The position numbers and the translations under genes are program-made. Below, piece after piece: positions 38,034 through 50,500 of a stretch of DNA of 64,000 nucleotides. Position 1 is the stretch's first letter. Each line of letters starts with the position of its first letter. Source of the DNA: Octopus sinensis (taxonomy: Eukaryota); assembly GCF_006345805.1 (NCBI RefSeq), contig NW_021829832.1, positions 895,062 through 959,061 on the forward strand. The letters run 5' to 3'. Below the pieces are notes generated by a model. It made no database searches, was not told where the DNA came from, and worked only from the letters and a program-made list of their open reading frames with translations.

Positions 38034-38837
38034 TTGATGATTAAATTATTTAAATCCGCATTGTACCTATAACCACCTTTATGATTATGTAAAAAAAATT
38101 TTTATTGCATTTAATTCAACACTAAAAAGTCAAATGTAGCTAACCTAACAGTACCAGGGTTGACATCGGCAGACAATCTTAAGCTCTTAAGGGAACTATC
38201 GAGGAAAAGAGGAACTGGAAACGATCAACAAACCGTATCCAGGAGACGGTAGCCCAAACGAGATAACTTTATTAAAATTTTTTTGTGGTGTGCTTATTAA
38301 TAATAAATAATAATAATGCAATCGTTAAGGAGAGTATATATGAGAACAACATGGATAATCAACACAAATTCTTTATTCGCCATCTTTATAAGCAATTATC
38401 ATGAAGACTGTTTTTAGAATTCCAAACATGACCGAATAAAATAGGCAATGATTGGATACCTCTTGTAATGCTTATCCCTAAAATGAATATATGTACTAGA
38501 CTAATCTCAAATTGGAAATTACTTTAATTGCATTCAATAAATAGTTATATTAATTATACAGACAAAAAAACAGTCTTGGGATTGTGCTCCTCTCAATTGC
38601 TCTTAAATTAAAATCGACTATTACTAAATGAAGAAATGAAAAACCAATAACAATTAGAAAACTAGCAAAATCCAAACAAAGATGACAGGATGGAACAAAT
38701 TTCTTATATCAACCCTCACAGCACGAGTCAATCGATTAGCATAAACAAAAGATAAGAAATCATTAATATTAAATTTTCAAGCATTAGATGATGTGCACAT
38801 AAAAAGAGACTATATTTTGAAGATCAATTGGTGTTGT

Positions 38838-39503
38838 CTAATACGATTTCTCCTCCTGAAAGTCCTCATATGATTCTAGACTCCCCCAAAAACGCTTCTT
38901 TGGAAAAATTGGGGACTTTAAAGAAAAGTCAGACATAGATCCGTTTGAATGGGGACTTTCTGGACTGGAAAAAACGGAATTTGTAACATCAACTAGTCCT
39001 TTCCTTCTGACCCGAGGATTATTACTCAGGGATGTAGACTTGAATTTTTTTCTAAAATTTTTGTCAATCACCAGATTTTTGGTGGATAGACTTTGGCCCA
39101 CATTTGGAGACTCATGCTCTTGGAAATTATGCAAATGGAGAAATCCTGGGTGAGCTGGATCGTATTTAGTGTACGCTGATAAATTGGAGGTGGAAGAATT
39201 TTCGAACACCGCATTCCATCCAAGAGTAGAATTAATTTTCAACTCAGGGGGGTCGTCTTTCTCGAAAAAACCAATTTTGTGCATTATCCTCAATCGTTCT
39301 GTTTTTATATCACAGGGGCTCTCCCATAACGCATACTTCCGGTACTTCCAGCCATGAATCTTGTCAAAGCGATCGGAGGGGAAGTTGGGTGTTAGCGGGG
39401 AATCAATTTTTATTTGATCAAAAGAAAGATTGAATCGATCACACATCGACAGTTTATAATTGACGACGATTGTGCTTTTAACGGCGAGACGCCAAATAAT
39501 CAA
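38838..39503 (-). CDS. Hypothetical protein with a putative D-box and SP sites
   Basis: 221-codon ORF in AT-rich context; RKGLVDVTN fits RxxLxxxxN; true start uncertain. Confidence 0.55.
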   Translation of the reverse strand: MIIWRLAVKSTIVVNYKLSMCDRFNLSFDQIKIDSPLTPNFPSDRFDKIHGWKYRKYALWESPCDIKTERLRIMHKIGFFEKDDPPELKINSTLGWNAVFENSSTSNLSAYTKYDPAHPGFLHLHNFQEHESPNVGQSLSTKNLVIDKNFRKKFKSTSLSNNPRVRRKGLVDVTNSVFSSPESPHSNGSMSDFSLKSPIFPKKRFWGSLESYEDFQEEKSY

Positions 39504-39837
39504 TACTCACTAAATCGACGTCTGACCATTAAATACAGACATATGAAACACTATCGGAAATTTGATGTGTTAAGACGGAAGTAGGCTTTAAAATAACCTC
39601 AGACAACAATTACTGTCATTTCGAATGTTAATCGTTCTGCCCATGATTAAGCATTTTAGCATTGAACTGACTCCAATTATCCAAACTTGCACAATAATTG
39701 AGTCATAACAAGACTTCTCATTAAGTCATATTACCTTTATTGTTTTACAAAACTTGTGGTTAAATCAGGAGAATCATGATTGTTTAGGTTGTTATTAACA
39801 TATACTACAACTAAATCATGCTAATTAAAATTATTTT

Positions 39838-42220
39838 TAATAATTAGACGACTCTCAAATTTTTGCTTCCCGAGTTCCCCATAACTCCACTTTGATCTTC
39901 TCCGCCATGATCCTCAATCTCCGCCTGGGGCGTGCAGTCTCTGGGCCTCTTAAGGGACTTGCTGATCTTCATAGAGAAATTATATTTCCGCCAGTCCCTA
40001 TTTACGGAATTTGCAGAGTCCAGAATTTCACTGAAGCCATGTTTGTACTCGACAAACATGCTCTCCAGAGTGGCCTTCAGCGTTACAGTCTGGATGTAAG
40101 ACCGAACACGTTCTTCAATCCCAAGGAGCTCCATGTACTTGCGGTAGATTGTTGAAACGATTCCATCCCACGTAATGACAATTGGCACAATCTTCACCTT
40201 AGCCTTGTGAATCAGTTGTAATTCACTAGCTAAAATGTCGTATTTGTGCAGTTTTTTTACTTCCACACTCTTTAGGTTATCTATTGAAGTCACACCCACT
40301 TCAATAAGCCATATTAGGTTCTCTCTTTTGTCGTAGAGGAAAATATCGGGTTTGTTATATTGAATCTTCAACTCTGTTGGAATTGTTGTATCAACTCGTA
40401 TTTCTGCCAAGGTGTTGCACATAATACTCTGGACAGAGTGATTTTTCAGTCTTCTGGATTTTTTGAATCCAAATCTACGGCACAAGTTCATGTGGATGCA
40501 TCTCACAATTTCATTGTGTCTTCTCGTATAATCCGAATTAAGCATCCTGTTGCATCTAGTTGCCATGTGATCAACCGTCTTATTGGAAGATTTACAGTGT
40601 GGACATTTTGAATTAGGGTCTCTGAAAAAAATATTCCTGTCTTGAAGAAATGAAAACATAGCTTCAGATTTAGGAGATATATTTCCTTTCTTAAGCCATG
40701 TTGAAGACGATTGAATATCAAAATTGTTATCATCAAGGGATTCAAATAGCTTCGAGTGAAGTGTTTTCTTCTTGATATTGGACAGTAAGGAATCAATCTG
40801 CAATCTATTCAGTGAGTTGGTTATCTCTTCTTGGGTGTTCGTTCCATATTTACAATGCAGGAATTCTGTGATCGTGGCCATATGGGATTTTCTTTTCTGC
40901 TCGGCCCACAGAATTGCTGCCTTTCTTGGGGAGATTAACTTTCGCCTCTCCAGATTTTCACGAAAGTCAAACAGCATTTTTTCCGACCTGAAGGTAATCG
41001 AGGCAAGCCCTCTTCCAAGTTTATCCCTCGGCAAATATAGCCTTTCCTTACAGGCTGGTTTCATATGAATATTTAGATCCATTAACAGCTTCCTGACAAA
41101 TTTGTCAATTTCATCAAAAACGGGCGGTTCCAAATCCAGAAGGCCGATATAATAATTGTACAAAGATAAGGCATGTTCATTAATTGCCTTAAACAAATTC
41201 ACCGAATTTAGTTTCGTCTTCGACAATCTTTCGATACGTTGTTGAACCTCAATCCGTAAATTTTTCAAAACTTCTTCTTTAACAACCTGACTAAACTTAT
41301 TTTCCAATACACCCAAATAACGGTAACTATCCAGTCCATCCAGCAGTTTGGCATCATTTCTTAACAAACAACTATTCGTTGCCGACTTCTCACAATTCTT
41401 TTCCAAACCCGAAGCTTTAAAAAATAAATCCACGTCTTTCATCATACACCCGAGTGTGACCTCATCTTTGGCGAGCAGTTTCAAATCATCAATGAACAAA
41501 AAATGGTTCGTAGAAAAAAACACTGAATTTTCTTGATTGGTATTGACTGATAAATTTGGGTATTTAGCCGATAACAATTTGCTCAACGGATCCAAAGTAA
41601 AAATGAACAACTGAGGAGACAGGGAATCTCCTTGGAGTATTCCACGTTCTATGTTAACAATTCCTAGATGCTGCTTTCCTAATTTGAGGGAGACCTTCCA
41701 ATTTGGAATTATTGACATTACAAACTTTGTTATCCATTCAGGAAGCCCTGAGTTTTTCAGAATAACTGTAAGGAATTCGTGATTGATTGAGTCAAAGGCT
41801 TTTTTTACGTCTACCCATGAAGAAAATAATTTGTACTCATGTGACCTGTTCACACAACAGTTAATAAGTGCTTGCTCCTTTGCACCTTGACAATGCCTCT
41901 TAGTGCCAAGTTGACACTCAGAGATTAGATCGTATACTTCCACATACTCAGCAATTTTCTCATTTACACACTTTGTGACGAGTTTATAAAGGCACGGCAT
42001 ACAGGTAATTGGTCTGAAATCACCGGCTTCAGTGGAATTATCCTTTTTCGGAATAAGATAAGTTACCCCGGTATAAAACCAACTCTGAGGTTGACTGCTT
42101 CCAGTAATGATATTTCTGATCTCATCAAATAGAAATTTATGTAGGGAGTCCAATTTTTTGATGAAGAAGTTGTAAACTCCATCGCAGCCAGGAGCTTTCC
42201 AGTTGGGGAGAAATTCGATA
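39838..42220 (-). mobile_element. R4/Dong-like non-LTR retrotransposon (RT, CCHC, RLE); 5'-truncated with intact frame
   Basis: WKAPGCDG, FRPITC, DVKKAFDS, RGILQGDSLSP, LFIDDLKL, RLYLPR..GRGL, CPHC..H..C, YTRRH and NKPDI..IEVG. Confidence 0.92.
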
Positions 42221-42377
42221 ATGTTTAAAATGAAGAACAAGAGAATATGAACCATATAACAAAAAAAGAGAAACGAGGGAAGATGTGCTTAAATGGTGAG
42301 GGAACTTAGACAACAGCTGAACAAGGTCAGGACTGCTGTTAGACTCAACTACGGGTAATAGAATTATGCATTCTAGG

Positions 42378-43308
42378 TTAATTGTTTGGGATGAATGTAC
42401 GATGGCTCATAAAGGCGCATTCAAGCAGTTGACCGAACATATAGAGATATCAAGAATTGTAGCGACCATTTGTTTGGGGGAGCATTAGTTGTATTGGCAG
42501 GTGATTTTAGACAGACGCTGCCAATTATTCAAAGAGGGACGCCAGCGGATGAATTGAATGCCTGCCTCAAATCGTCATATTTGTGGACACACGTGAAAAA
42601 GGTTAGCTTAGATGTAAATGTACATGCACATTTACAAGGCGTTAATAGCATATTCCCACAAATCCTTCTAGATATTGGAAATGGGGCAATCACTTCAGAA
42701 ATGCACGACCAGAAAATTAGGCTACCGGAAGAATTATGTATTTTCGTAGAAACAGCAGAAGAATTATTGAATGCCGTCTATTCCGAACTATCTGAACACT
42801 ACGTGAATTTTGACTGGCTGCGTGAACGAGCTATATTAGCTCCACTTAATGATGAGGTACTTAATATAAATTTAGATTTATTAATGAAAATCCCTGGCAG
42901 AGAAAGAATATATAAATCGGTCGACGTTATTATGGACCATGAAAGGGCCTGCGATAGATTTAAGAGACTACAATTTCCGCTGAAGATAAGTTTTGCTATG
43001 ACAATAAACAAGGCCCAGGGACAGTCTTTAAAGGTAGTAGGCTTATTTTTAGAGAACGAGTGCTTTTCACATGGCCAGCTGTATGTGGGGTGCTCAAGGG
43101 TAGGTAGAAGAGAAATTTATTTATATTTGCCAAGGATGGACGGACTGCAAACATCGTTTATCCACAGGCCTTAGAATAAGGTTATATCAAAGCAGGTCGC
43201 ATTTATATATCTACATAAATTTATAGTTATTTAAGGAAACTGCGAGCGTAGCGAGCAGGGCCTCCGCAGGAGCTAGCTCGCAGTGAGCGAAGCGAACTGC
43301 TGAGCTAG
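42378..43308 (+). mobile_element. Helitron 3' remnant (PIF1-like helicase, internally deleted) with terminal hairpins and CTAG
   Basis: LIVWDECTMAHK, FGG..LAGDFRQTLP, RAILAP, FAMTINKAQGQSL and HGQLYVGCSRV; GC-rich stems at 43240-43300; ends ctag|t at 43305-43309. Confidence 0.85.
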
Positions 43309-43560
43309 TTTTTAATAATTCAAAATACTACAATAAAAGCAATAATTTATCTAATTTTCAATTCTCTTTAAAATCAATAAATAACAAAATTTATCTCACT
43401 TCTTATTGCCTGTCTCGCATACATGAAAGTAAATTAAATGACTCAAAGTTTTTCCCAAAGTGGGATCAAGCGGTTTGAATAAACGGGGCAGATCAAATTC
43501 CTTTAAGAAATTTTAAATAACTAATAAAAATTATATAATTTAAAAATAAATAAACTTGGA

Positions 43561-44231
43561 ATGTTCTATCATGTGTGAGCCTCGCATGCTCTATTTGTTT
43601 ATAGATTAGCCTGGAGCACAACATTCTTTTGCATCCCAGAAACTTTGGTTCCAAACTAATGGATACAGTGAAGCGTCTACTGTTCTACGAAGTGGAAGGG
43701 TCTTGTTCTGGAAGGTTTGTCAGTGGCACATACGTGTAGGTACGGGTACATAATATCCGTGACCAATATCAACACAATTGGCGACGGAGTGCTTATCCCC
43801 GGGAAGGGACTCGCTTCGTTTTCCGTTTCCTACAAGGCCGTAGTCTTCCGCCCCATCAAAGGACAAGTGATTGATTCCTCGGTGACGCAAGTGTCGGAGC
43901 TGGGAATTTTCGCTAAGGTGGGGCCTCTCAGTGTTTTCGTGTCGAAGCATGTATTGTCTGAAATTTATTGAAGAATATTCCCCACCAACTGAGTTTCCAC
44001 AGAGACGAACGTTATTCCTGCTATCGAGACGACGAATCAGTAAGCTACGATTGCAATTTGGCAGACCACGATAATCTGTCAGGACACGGCCATAAGAATG
44101 AAAATTATTGGGATTCGTCTGGACGCTAAGGAAATAGTATTTTTGTCAGTAATGTTTAGTATGTCGTCGGGTCGTTGGCTGGGGACTATCTGGGTTGGTT
44201 GTAGTAAATATATATGGTAGGAACTGTCTGA
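43561..44231 (+). CDS. POLR2G: RNA polymerase II subunit RPB7
   Basis: [53 protein letters not shown]. Introns at 43573-43604, 43715-43739, 43951-43973, 44040-44064, 44137-44159, and optionally 44194-44220. Confidence 0.95.
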
Positions 44232-44404
44232 TGTGTTGTTTGACTGTTTTGTATAATTATTCCCACATTCCTCAAACATTAGTAAGCAGACCTGAGTAAG
44301 AATAAGAGACGTATTTATTGAATGACGCAGTTTAAATACCAACATTTATCACCAATAACGTTGTGTACGCCTTTGTCGCAAGTTAGTTTCTATTCTAAGG
44401 GATA

Positions 44405-45598
44405 TCACCAGGAATACACCTGCATTTTATTCTTTTTATTCTTTTGAAATGATGTTTTATTAAAATATTTATTTTTGAGAAACTTTCTTCGTTCCATGTC
44501 GAGGCGATAGTAATAGTCAAAGTTAGAAACAATGACGGGGACCGGCAATGCGATGGTGAGCACCCCAGCAACTGCGCAAAACGAGCAAATAATCTTTCCG
44601 GGAATGCCAATGGGATACACGTCTCCGTAACCGACGGTGGTTATGGTGACTATTGCCCACCAGAAGCCATCGGGAATGCTTCTGAATGGACTGTTTGGAA
44701 CGGTGGCTTCAGCAAAGTAGATCGCACTTGAAAAAGTAACGACCAGGATTCCCAGGAAAAAAAGAAGCATCATTAATTCCTGAATGGAGGCACGGAGGGT
44801 CTGGCCGAGGATTTGGAGTCCCTGGGAATGTCTCGTTAGTTTGAATATTCGGAAAACTCTCACCAGTTTGACCGTTCTGATACTCTGGAAGCTGTTTGTA
44901 GGCGACCCATTTGCGTACTTATTTCCAAGAGAAATGAAGTAAGGAATGATGGAAATTAAATCAACAATGTTGAGGAAGCCCTTGATAAACTGGCATTTGA
45001 CAGGACACAGCAAAAACCGAATTAGCAGTTCGATTATAAACCATGTTACGCAACTTGTCTCGATGTAAAAAAACGTTTCAATAATCGAATCAGTATGATT
45101 GTTCCCATCAATTTGCACACTGTAGTGAGGCAGTGTCTCAATGCAGTACAAACATATTGACAGAAGAATTACAGATATGGAAAATCCAGCAAATATTTTA
45201 GCGTAAATTGAGCTTTCAGGATACTCGAAAAATTGCCACAGCTTTCTTCTTATCAAATTTGAGGGCATCTGGGGAGTAGATTCCTCAGAAAACATTTCAC
45301 TGTCGCTAAAATGAAATACAAGCTTCGAGTCGAGTTTGAAGAATTTTATTTCGTCGACAAAAATGTCAATGTCAACATATTTTGGTTTTCTGATGACCCC
45401 TCCACTTTGGTAGTAGTACAAAATGTGTTCAAAACAGGATCGACTTCGGTCAAAAAAGTATTCATTTCTTTCATAATCGTAGAATTTAATTCTTTGCTCA
45501 GGATTTCCGAGGAGAGTATCAGGAAATCTGTTGAGGGTTGACAAATATGTCTCGAATATAAGACCGCTGACATTGAGAACAATTCGTTGATTATCCAT
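44405..45598 (-). CDS. KCNA: Shaker/Kv1 voltage-gated potassium channel, intronless
   Basis: T1 domain (LNVSGLIFET..FPDTLLG..EYFFDR..LYYYQSGG), S4 RTVKLVRVFRIFKLTRH, pore TTVGYGD and PVPVIVSNF. Confidence 0.95.
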   Translation of the reverse strand: MDNQRIVLNVSGLIFETYLSTLNRFPDTLLGNPEQRIKFYDYERNEYFFDRSRSCFEHILYYYQSGGVIRKPKYVDIDIFVDEIKFFKLDSKLVFHFSDSEMFSEESTPQMPSNLIRRKLWQFFEYPESSIYAKIFAGFSISVILLSICLYCIETLPHYSVQIDGNNHTDSIIETFFYIETSCVTWFIIELLIRFLLCPVKCQFIKGFLNIVDLISIIPYFISLGNKYANGSPTNSFQSIRTVKLVRVFRIFKLTRHSQGLQILGQTLRASIQELMMLLFFLGILVVTFSSAIYFAEATVPNSPFRSIPDGFWWAIVTITTVGYGDVYPIGIPGKIICSFCAVAGVLTIALPVPVIVSNFDYYYRLDMERRKFLKNKYFNKTSFQKNKKNKMQVYSW

Positions 45599-45899
45599 TT
45601 TCTTTACAACTTGATACACTCAATAAAGAATAAGCATCCCAAATCTACCGATTGAGACCAATTTTAATTACACTCACAGAAACCTTTAATTCGAACGATA
45701 TGTAGTTCATCGCTAAGCTACAATTAAGAGCGTACATCATATCAATAATTGATCCAGTACAAACTGAAATAGTACTCAACATGACAAGCGCTCGATAAGA
45801 AAAGATCCATTTTTAATAATTCAAAAGTGTCTTTCCAGTTTTTTGTTGAAACAATTCAGCTTATAAATAAATTGGAATAATAAAAAATTTTTGCTTCGA

Positions 45900-46620
45900 T
45901 AACAAAAATGTTGATAAAGTATTATGAAATTCACCCCTATCATAAACCTTCTTTGCATCTTAATTCTTTTGTGCCTAAATACTAATTAATGCTTTTTCAA
46001 TCGTCTAATCTATTTACTTCGCACGCAAGATTCGAATTAGAAGTCTAAAAAGTCGTTGATGACTAGCAAAATTTTCAACGAATGCTTTCTTTCATGGATC
46101 GTGATCTTTAAAAGAAAAAACCAAAATTCTGCTTGTTGTGGATCAATGACTTTACACCAAATTTATTCGAATTTAGAATCAATCGAACTGCTATACAGTT
46201 CTGCACATACGACAACAGTTTTACAACCTTTAAATCCGGAATCATTCGACAATTTAAAGCAAACTTTAAAAGAATTACAGTTGATGCGATGTTAGAGAAA
46301 ATTGACAATGGAACTAATCGTGTCGATTCACACAAGAAGCTGATTTAAAAAACGACCTTCTGGTTACGCATTTGAATGAAACAATGTTATTCAAAACATT
46401 TGCGAATCGTTTCAAGCATGCCAAATGGATTAATTGTGATGATCAATCGCCAGAAAAAGATTTGAGGATCGGAAATTACGATAAAATGATCACGACGCTT
46501 AAAATTCTGAATTTGATAGAACAAACGGAATTTAGTGACTATAGTTTCACTGAGATGAATGAAGTTGAAGAATTTCTCATGGATGAGTCAACCTGTTTTA
46601 AGTTATTCAAAAGATAATCA
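45900..46620 (+). mobile_element. Degenerate pogo/Tigger-type transposase relic
   Basis: HTTTVLQPL and GIIRQFKANFKR motifs across frameshifts. Confidence 0.6.
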
Positions 46621-46799
46621 AGAAAACCAGTTATATATTAATCCAAAGAGGCATTAAAAATATTAAATAAATTTTTTCATCAAAATGGAAATTTTGATAT
46701 AAAATGAAACTTTTGATGATTATTTTCATTAATTTTTTAAACAATTTATAAATTTTTCAATTTTTTTACAATTTTAACCATGCCTACCTCGTTAAGTGA

Positions 46800-47485
46800 A
46801 GACTCAAGTTTCTTTTGTGTTTATCAAATTTGTTGCAACTGTAATAGACATGTGGAATGTGCATCTAAACTACAACAAATACGATATAGGCAAGGTTAAG
46901 CTAGAGAGGGGCATACTACAGGGCAACCTCTGCTTAGAATCGCTGAGTAGAGTCTTCAAACCGAGTGAGTACGATGAAATGGACCTTATTGTCTGAAGAG
47001 TACTCCGTCCATGTGTTGGCAAGCAATAAGGAGAGATTATACTCGCGGGAACCTAGGACGTGGACTGAGTAACATGGTACACTTAAGTGAGCGAATTCTT
47101 GCTAAGATGCACGACACCTTGTGGAGTGGATGCCAAAGAAAGGCTGCCATTCTTGCTGTTGAAAGAGCGCGTTGTACACACCTAGGAACCATAAAAGGCT
47201 ACGTGTCGGCTAAGTATGGACTAGGTGCTACCCAACTTCATGTGAAGGAGTTGCTCAATCTTCAGAGGAATCGCTAATAAAAAGATCAATTTAAAAGTCC
47301 TTCACAAGACTCTCTTTAGTAGCCTGGACAACCCGCACATTGACATATCGTCGTTTGCAACTTGGCTTAAATAAAGGAATAACTCTCCTCGGTCAGAAAA
47401 GTTGTTCTCATATTTGCAGGATAGAAACTTTTTAAATGGTCAACGGAAACAGTTTAACCACAGTAAAAGTAAGGCGATGACTAGG
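46800..47485 (+). mobile_element. Degenerate R4-like fragment of a different family
   Basis: KLERGILQG, LGRGLSN, RKAAILAVE..HLGTI and LQDRN, paralleling the element at 39844. Confidence 0.7.
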
Positions 47486-47515
47486 GCGAACTAAGTTAAA
47501 AAAGTTAAAATTTAA

Positions 47516-50500
47516 TAATAGTAAATAAATAATAATTTAAATGATTTTTTAACTATATTTTATTATAAATTTTTTGAATTTGGAAAATTAACACCGAAAA
47601 TAGTTAAGTTCCAGCGGCGAGGACGCAGTGTGCGTTGCCCCGAACAATGGCCAGGCCGATGCGCTGGCGGAACCAGAGGCTCTCTCTCGAGTCCTTGAGC
47701 CGATGGACTGCCCGACCTCTTTGAGGAACGAGTCAGTCTCCTTTCCTGCAACTCCAGCGGTCTCCAGAGCGATTGCCGTAACGCGGTAGCGGTCCGCGAG
47801 CGAAGAATATTTATGTATTTTTATCTTTTCGGCGTGGTTTGCAGCCGAACAAGGGTTTGCCGCAGAAGAATGGATCCTCGATTTCGAAAAGGTATCCACA
47901 ACGGTGACATCCCATACAAGGGCCTTCCCCGACGAGTACGGGAATATTGTCATCCCGTCAGGCCTTTTGCCATCTCCCCGATCGAGTCCGACCGGTTCGA
48001 GGAGGCACGAATGGCCCGCCATTTCGAGACCGGCCTTCACGATTTCATTGAGGGCCTTGTGTCTGTGTTCCCTGCCTGCGCTCCTCTTGCAGGAAAGTGG
48101 GTGCAGTCCCTTTTCGTCAACGACCTCACCGCATCTGCAGCGGTGTTTTGCACAAACATCCAGCCCGAGACGGTGAGCCACTCCGATGCGTATGGCAGCA
48201 TCGTCTAGCCACGTCCCGATGCTGGAGAGAGGAAGAGCATTCAGCCAGCTACCAGAGTGAGGGGCGGATGCCGCACGAAGGCATGCCAGGCGGTGTTGAT
48301 CAAGGGTTGCCGAGAGCACAGACACACGCGCTCGGCATGCGATAGAGTCCCAGGCACGTTAGGAGGAGAAATCTTCGGGCCTCTCAGAAAAGGAGCGATC
48401 CCAGGTAGTGAGCCCATCCGAAAAAGCACCATCCAGGCAAGATCCGAAAGAGTTGAGTAGGATCTCAGAGGCCAGGTTGTTGCACATCGAAAGGGAGGAT
48501 AGATATGCCGGAAGTGCCACATCGGATGCAGTGCGGATTCCTGCACCTCCGAATCTCAATGGGAGCGAGCATTGGGCCCATCCAGGACCATCGAGGTGTA
48601 CATTGAGGACGGATTCGGCAGTCTTTTTCAGGATTACGTCGTATGCGGCGAGTAGGTCCATATGCAGGAAGCAGGGATTGCTCCTGAGGGTGAAAATGAG
48701 TTTCGGCATGTGAATGCTGTTCTTCAAGAGGAAAAAGGCAGTGTGCGAGGACAAGATAGAGAGATTTGTAGAAAGTCTTTGGAAGTGTTCAGCTTTGGCG
48801 GAAAGCATGGATTGGAGCTTCGTGTAGGACAGGGATCCACCGAGAAAGGTGACATCATCGATTGGGGTAACGTTCGCACAAGGCAGGGTTGCTCTGAGGC
48901 GGGCCACAGCGGATCGGAAGTCGGCCTCCGAACACGAGACATTAATGATCTCGGTCTTCTTCGCGTTGACCGAGAGGCCGAGGGTAGCCAGTGCTGGAAC
49001 GATGTGTTCGACATCCCGAATAACGTGGTCAGCATGGCCACCCAATGTGGCATCATCAAGATACCACAGATTGAATTGAGAGACAGCAAGTCGAGCTGCC
49101 TCATCGATTGTCAACGCGAAGAGGAGTGGCCCTAGCGGATCACCCTGTTGCACGCCGGTCTCCGAACGGATGATCTCATTCCCGTATACAAGACTGCTCT
49201 CCGAGCCGTAGGCAAGCGAGACAAGATTGATTATTTCTGGTACTCTTCGAGCGCATGTTTCCAAAATAGCATCCCGGCGCACGCTGTTGAAAGCGTTGGT
49301 GATATCAAGCTTCACAGCAATAAAATCGGTAGTAACTCGTTGCCCCATGTAGAAGAACCCCTGGTGGCGTGAACGGCTCCTTCGCAGCCGCCACGCACAC
49401 CAACACCGACTTGCGTAGGCGAAAGCTCAGCCCCGATTCTCGTTGCAACCCTTCTGGCAGAAACTTTTCCGCAGAGCCTTCTGAAGTAATTGCCAACCGC
49501 TATTGGGCGGACACCTCCGTCCGGTTTTTGAAAAGCGTGAAGGTGGGCAGCGAAAAAGAGATTCCTCGCGAAGAGGGGGATCTTTCCGTCGATGATCCTT
49601 CCGACCAGTTTCGTGATTGTACACAAGAGCCGAGAGCCGGATTCCCCGGTGATCGCAGAAGTCATGTCCTTGATATGCCCCGGCCGAAGGCCGTCAATTC
49701 CCCCGCTGCTGCTCGCTCCGAAAGATCTGATTCCCGACAGAACTTCTTCCTCAGTGATGATCATCGGTGTGGGGCTTCGGGGGGGAGTCCAAGGCCTTAG
49801 GTCTTCAGGGGCCGGCGGATGTTTTGACCTCAGCAAAGTTGATGTTCTGGACGTACACTCGGCAACAGAGTCCCCGGAGCACAAGACACGGAGGGCAGCT
49901 CTTACGTCTCCTTCGAGGAGCTTTCGATTCACCCGATCGATCATCCTGGCGTCCTGTCCGATGCCATTTTCGCATAAGCCGGACTTCCTCTGAGAGGAGG
50001 GAAGAGGGAAGGGTAGGACAAGATTGTCGCATTCCTCGCCGAAAGAAACTGCCCGAGACTTAATTGCGGACGAGATTCCCTTGCCGGGAATGGTCGGCTC
50101 GTGCTTGTTTCCGAGGACGAGAGGTGCGAACAGGAAGATACGGAACCACGGGAGGTCTTCTTCGGAACTGAGTGCTTCTGAGATAATTTGTTCGAGGCAG
50201 GAAGCGGCCGTCAGGCGGGCTTGTTTGGGAATGCGGAGAGGGATGTCTCTTGTGCCACGAAGCGAAGACAGGGAAAGAATAAATTCTTCAGTCGAGAGAT
50301 TGTGGCGGGTAGTAGTACGAGAGGGTCCCCGATTTGGCCCAGCGCCCTTTGAGTTGAAGAGGCAGCGGGCACAGTGCCATGCGCCCAAGGCACTTGCAGT
50401 CGCCTTAGACAAAGATACACAGCTCAGGTGGAAATGGGCATTGCAGAGGGCGCAGTGGATTCCCCGTTTGCGGGGGTTTGACACGAGGCACGACTGACAT

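Larger units (their letters stand above)
28277..39755 (+). repeat. Copy 1 of a >=11.5-kb near-identical segmental duplication
   Basis: ORF set and sequence recur at an offset of 24245-24249. Confidence 0.97.

Noticed and set aside
42470-43174. Host PIF1 helicase gene
   Set aside because: No introns, internal deletion, frameshifts and a Helitron-type 3' terminus.
48359-48361. In-frame TAA aligning to Gln in the CRE element, suggesting a ciliate-type code
   Set aside because: TBL3, formin and TRPM models end in TAA, and the element has other lesions; a simple C>T mutation explains it.
49345-49365. Programmed frameshift between CRE ORFs
   Set aside because: The shift falls in a G run within the RT domain and a second shift lies near the C-terminus; decay or sequencing indel is more likely.
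47813-50497. Numerous overlapping plus-strand ORFs
   Set aside because: By-product of the high GC content of the minus-strand retrotransposon.
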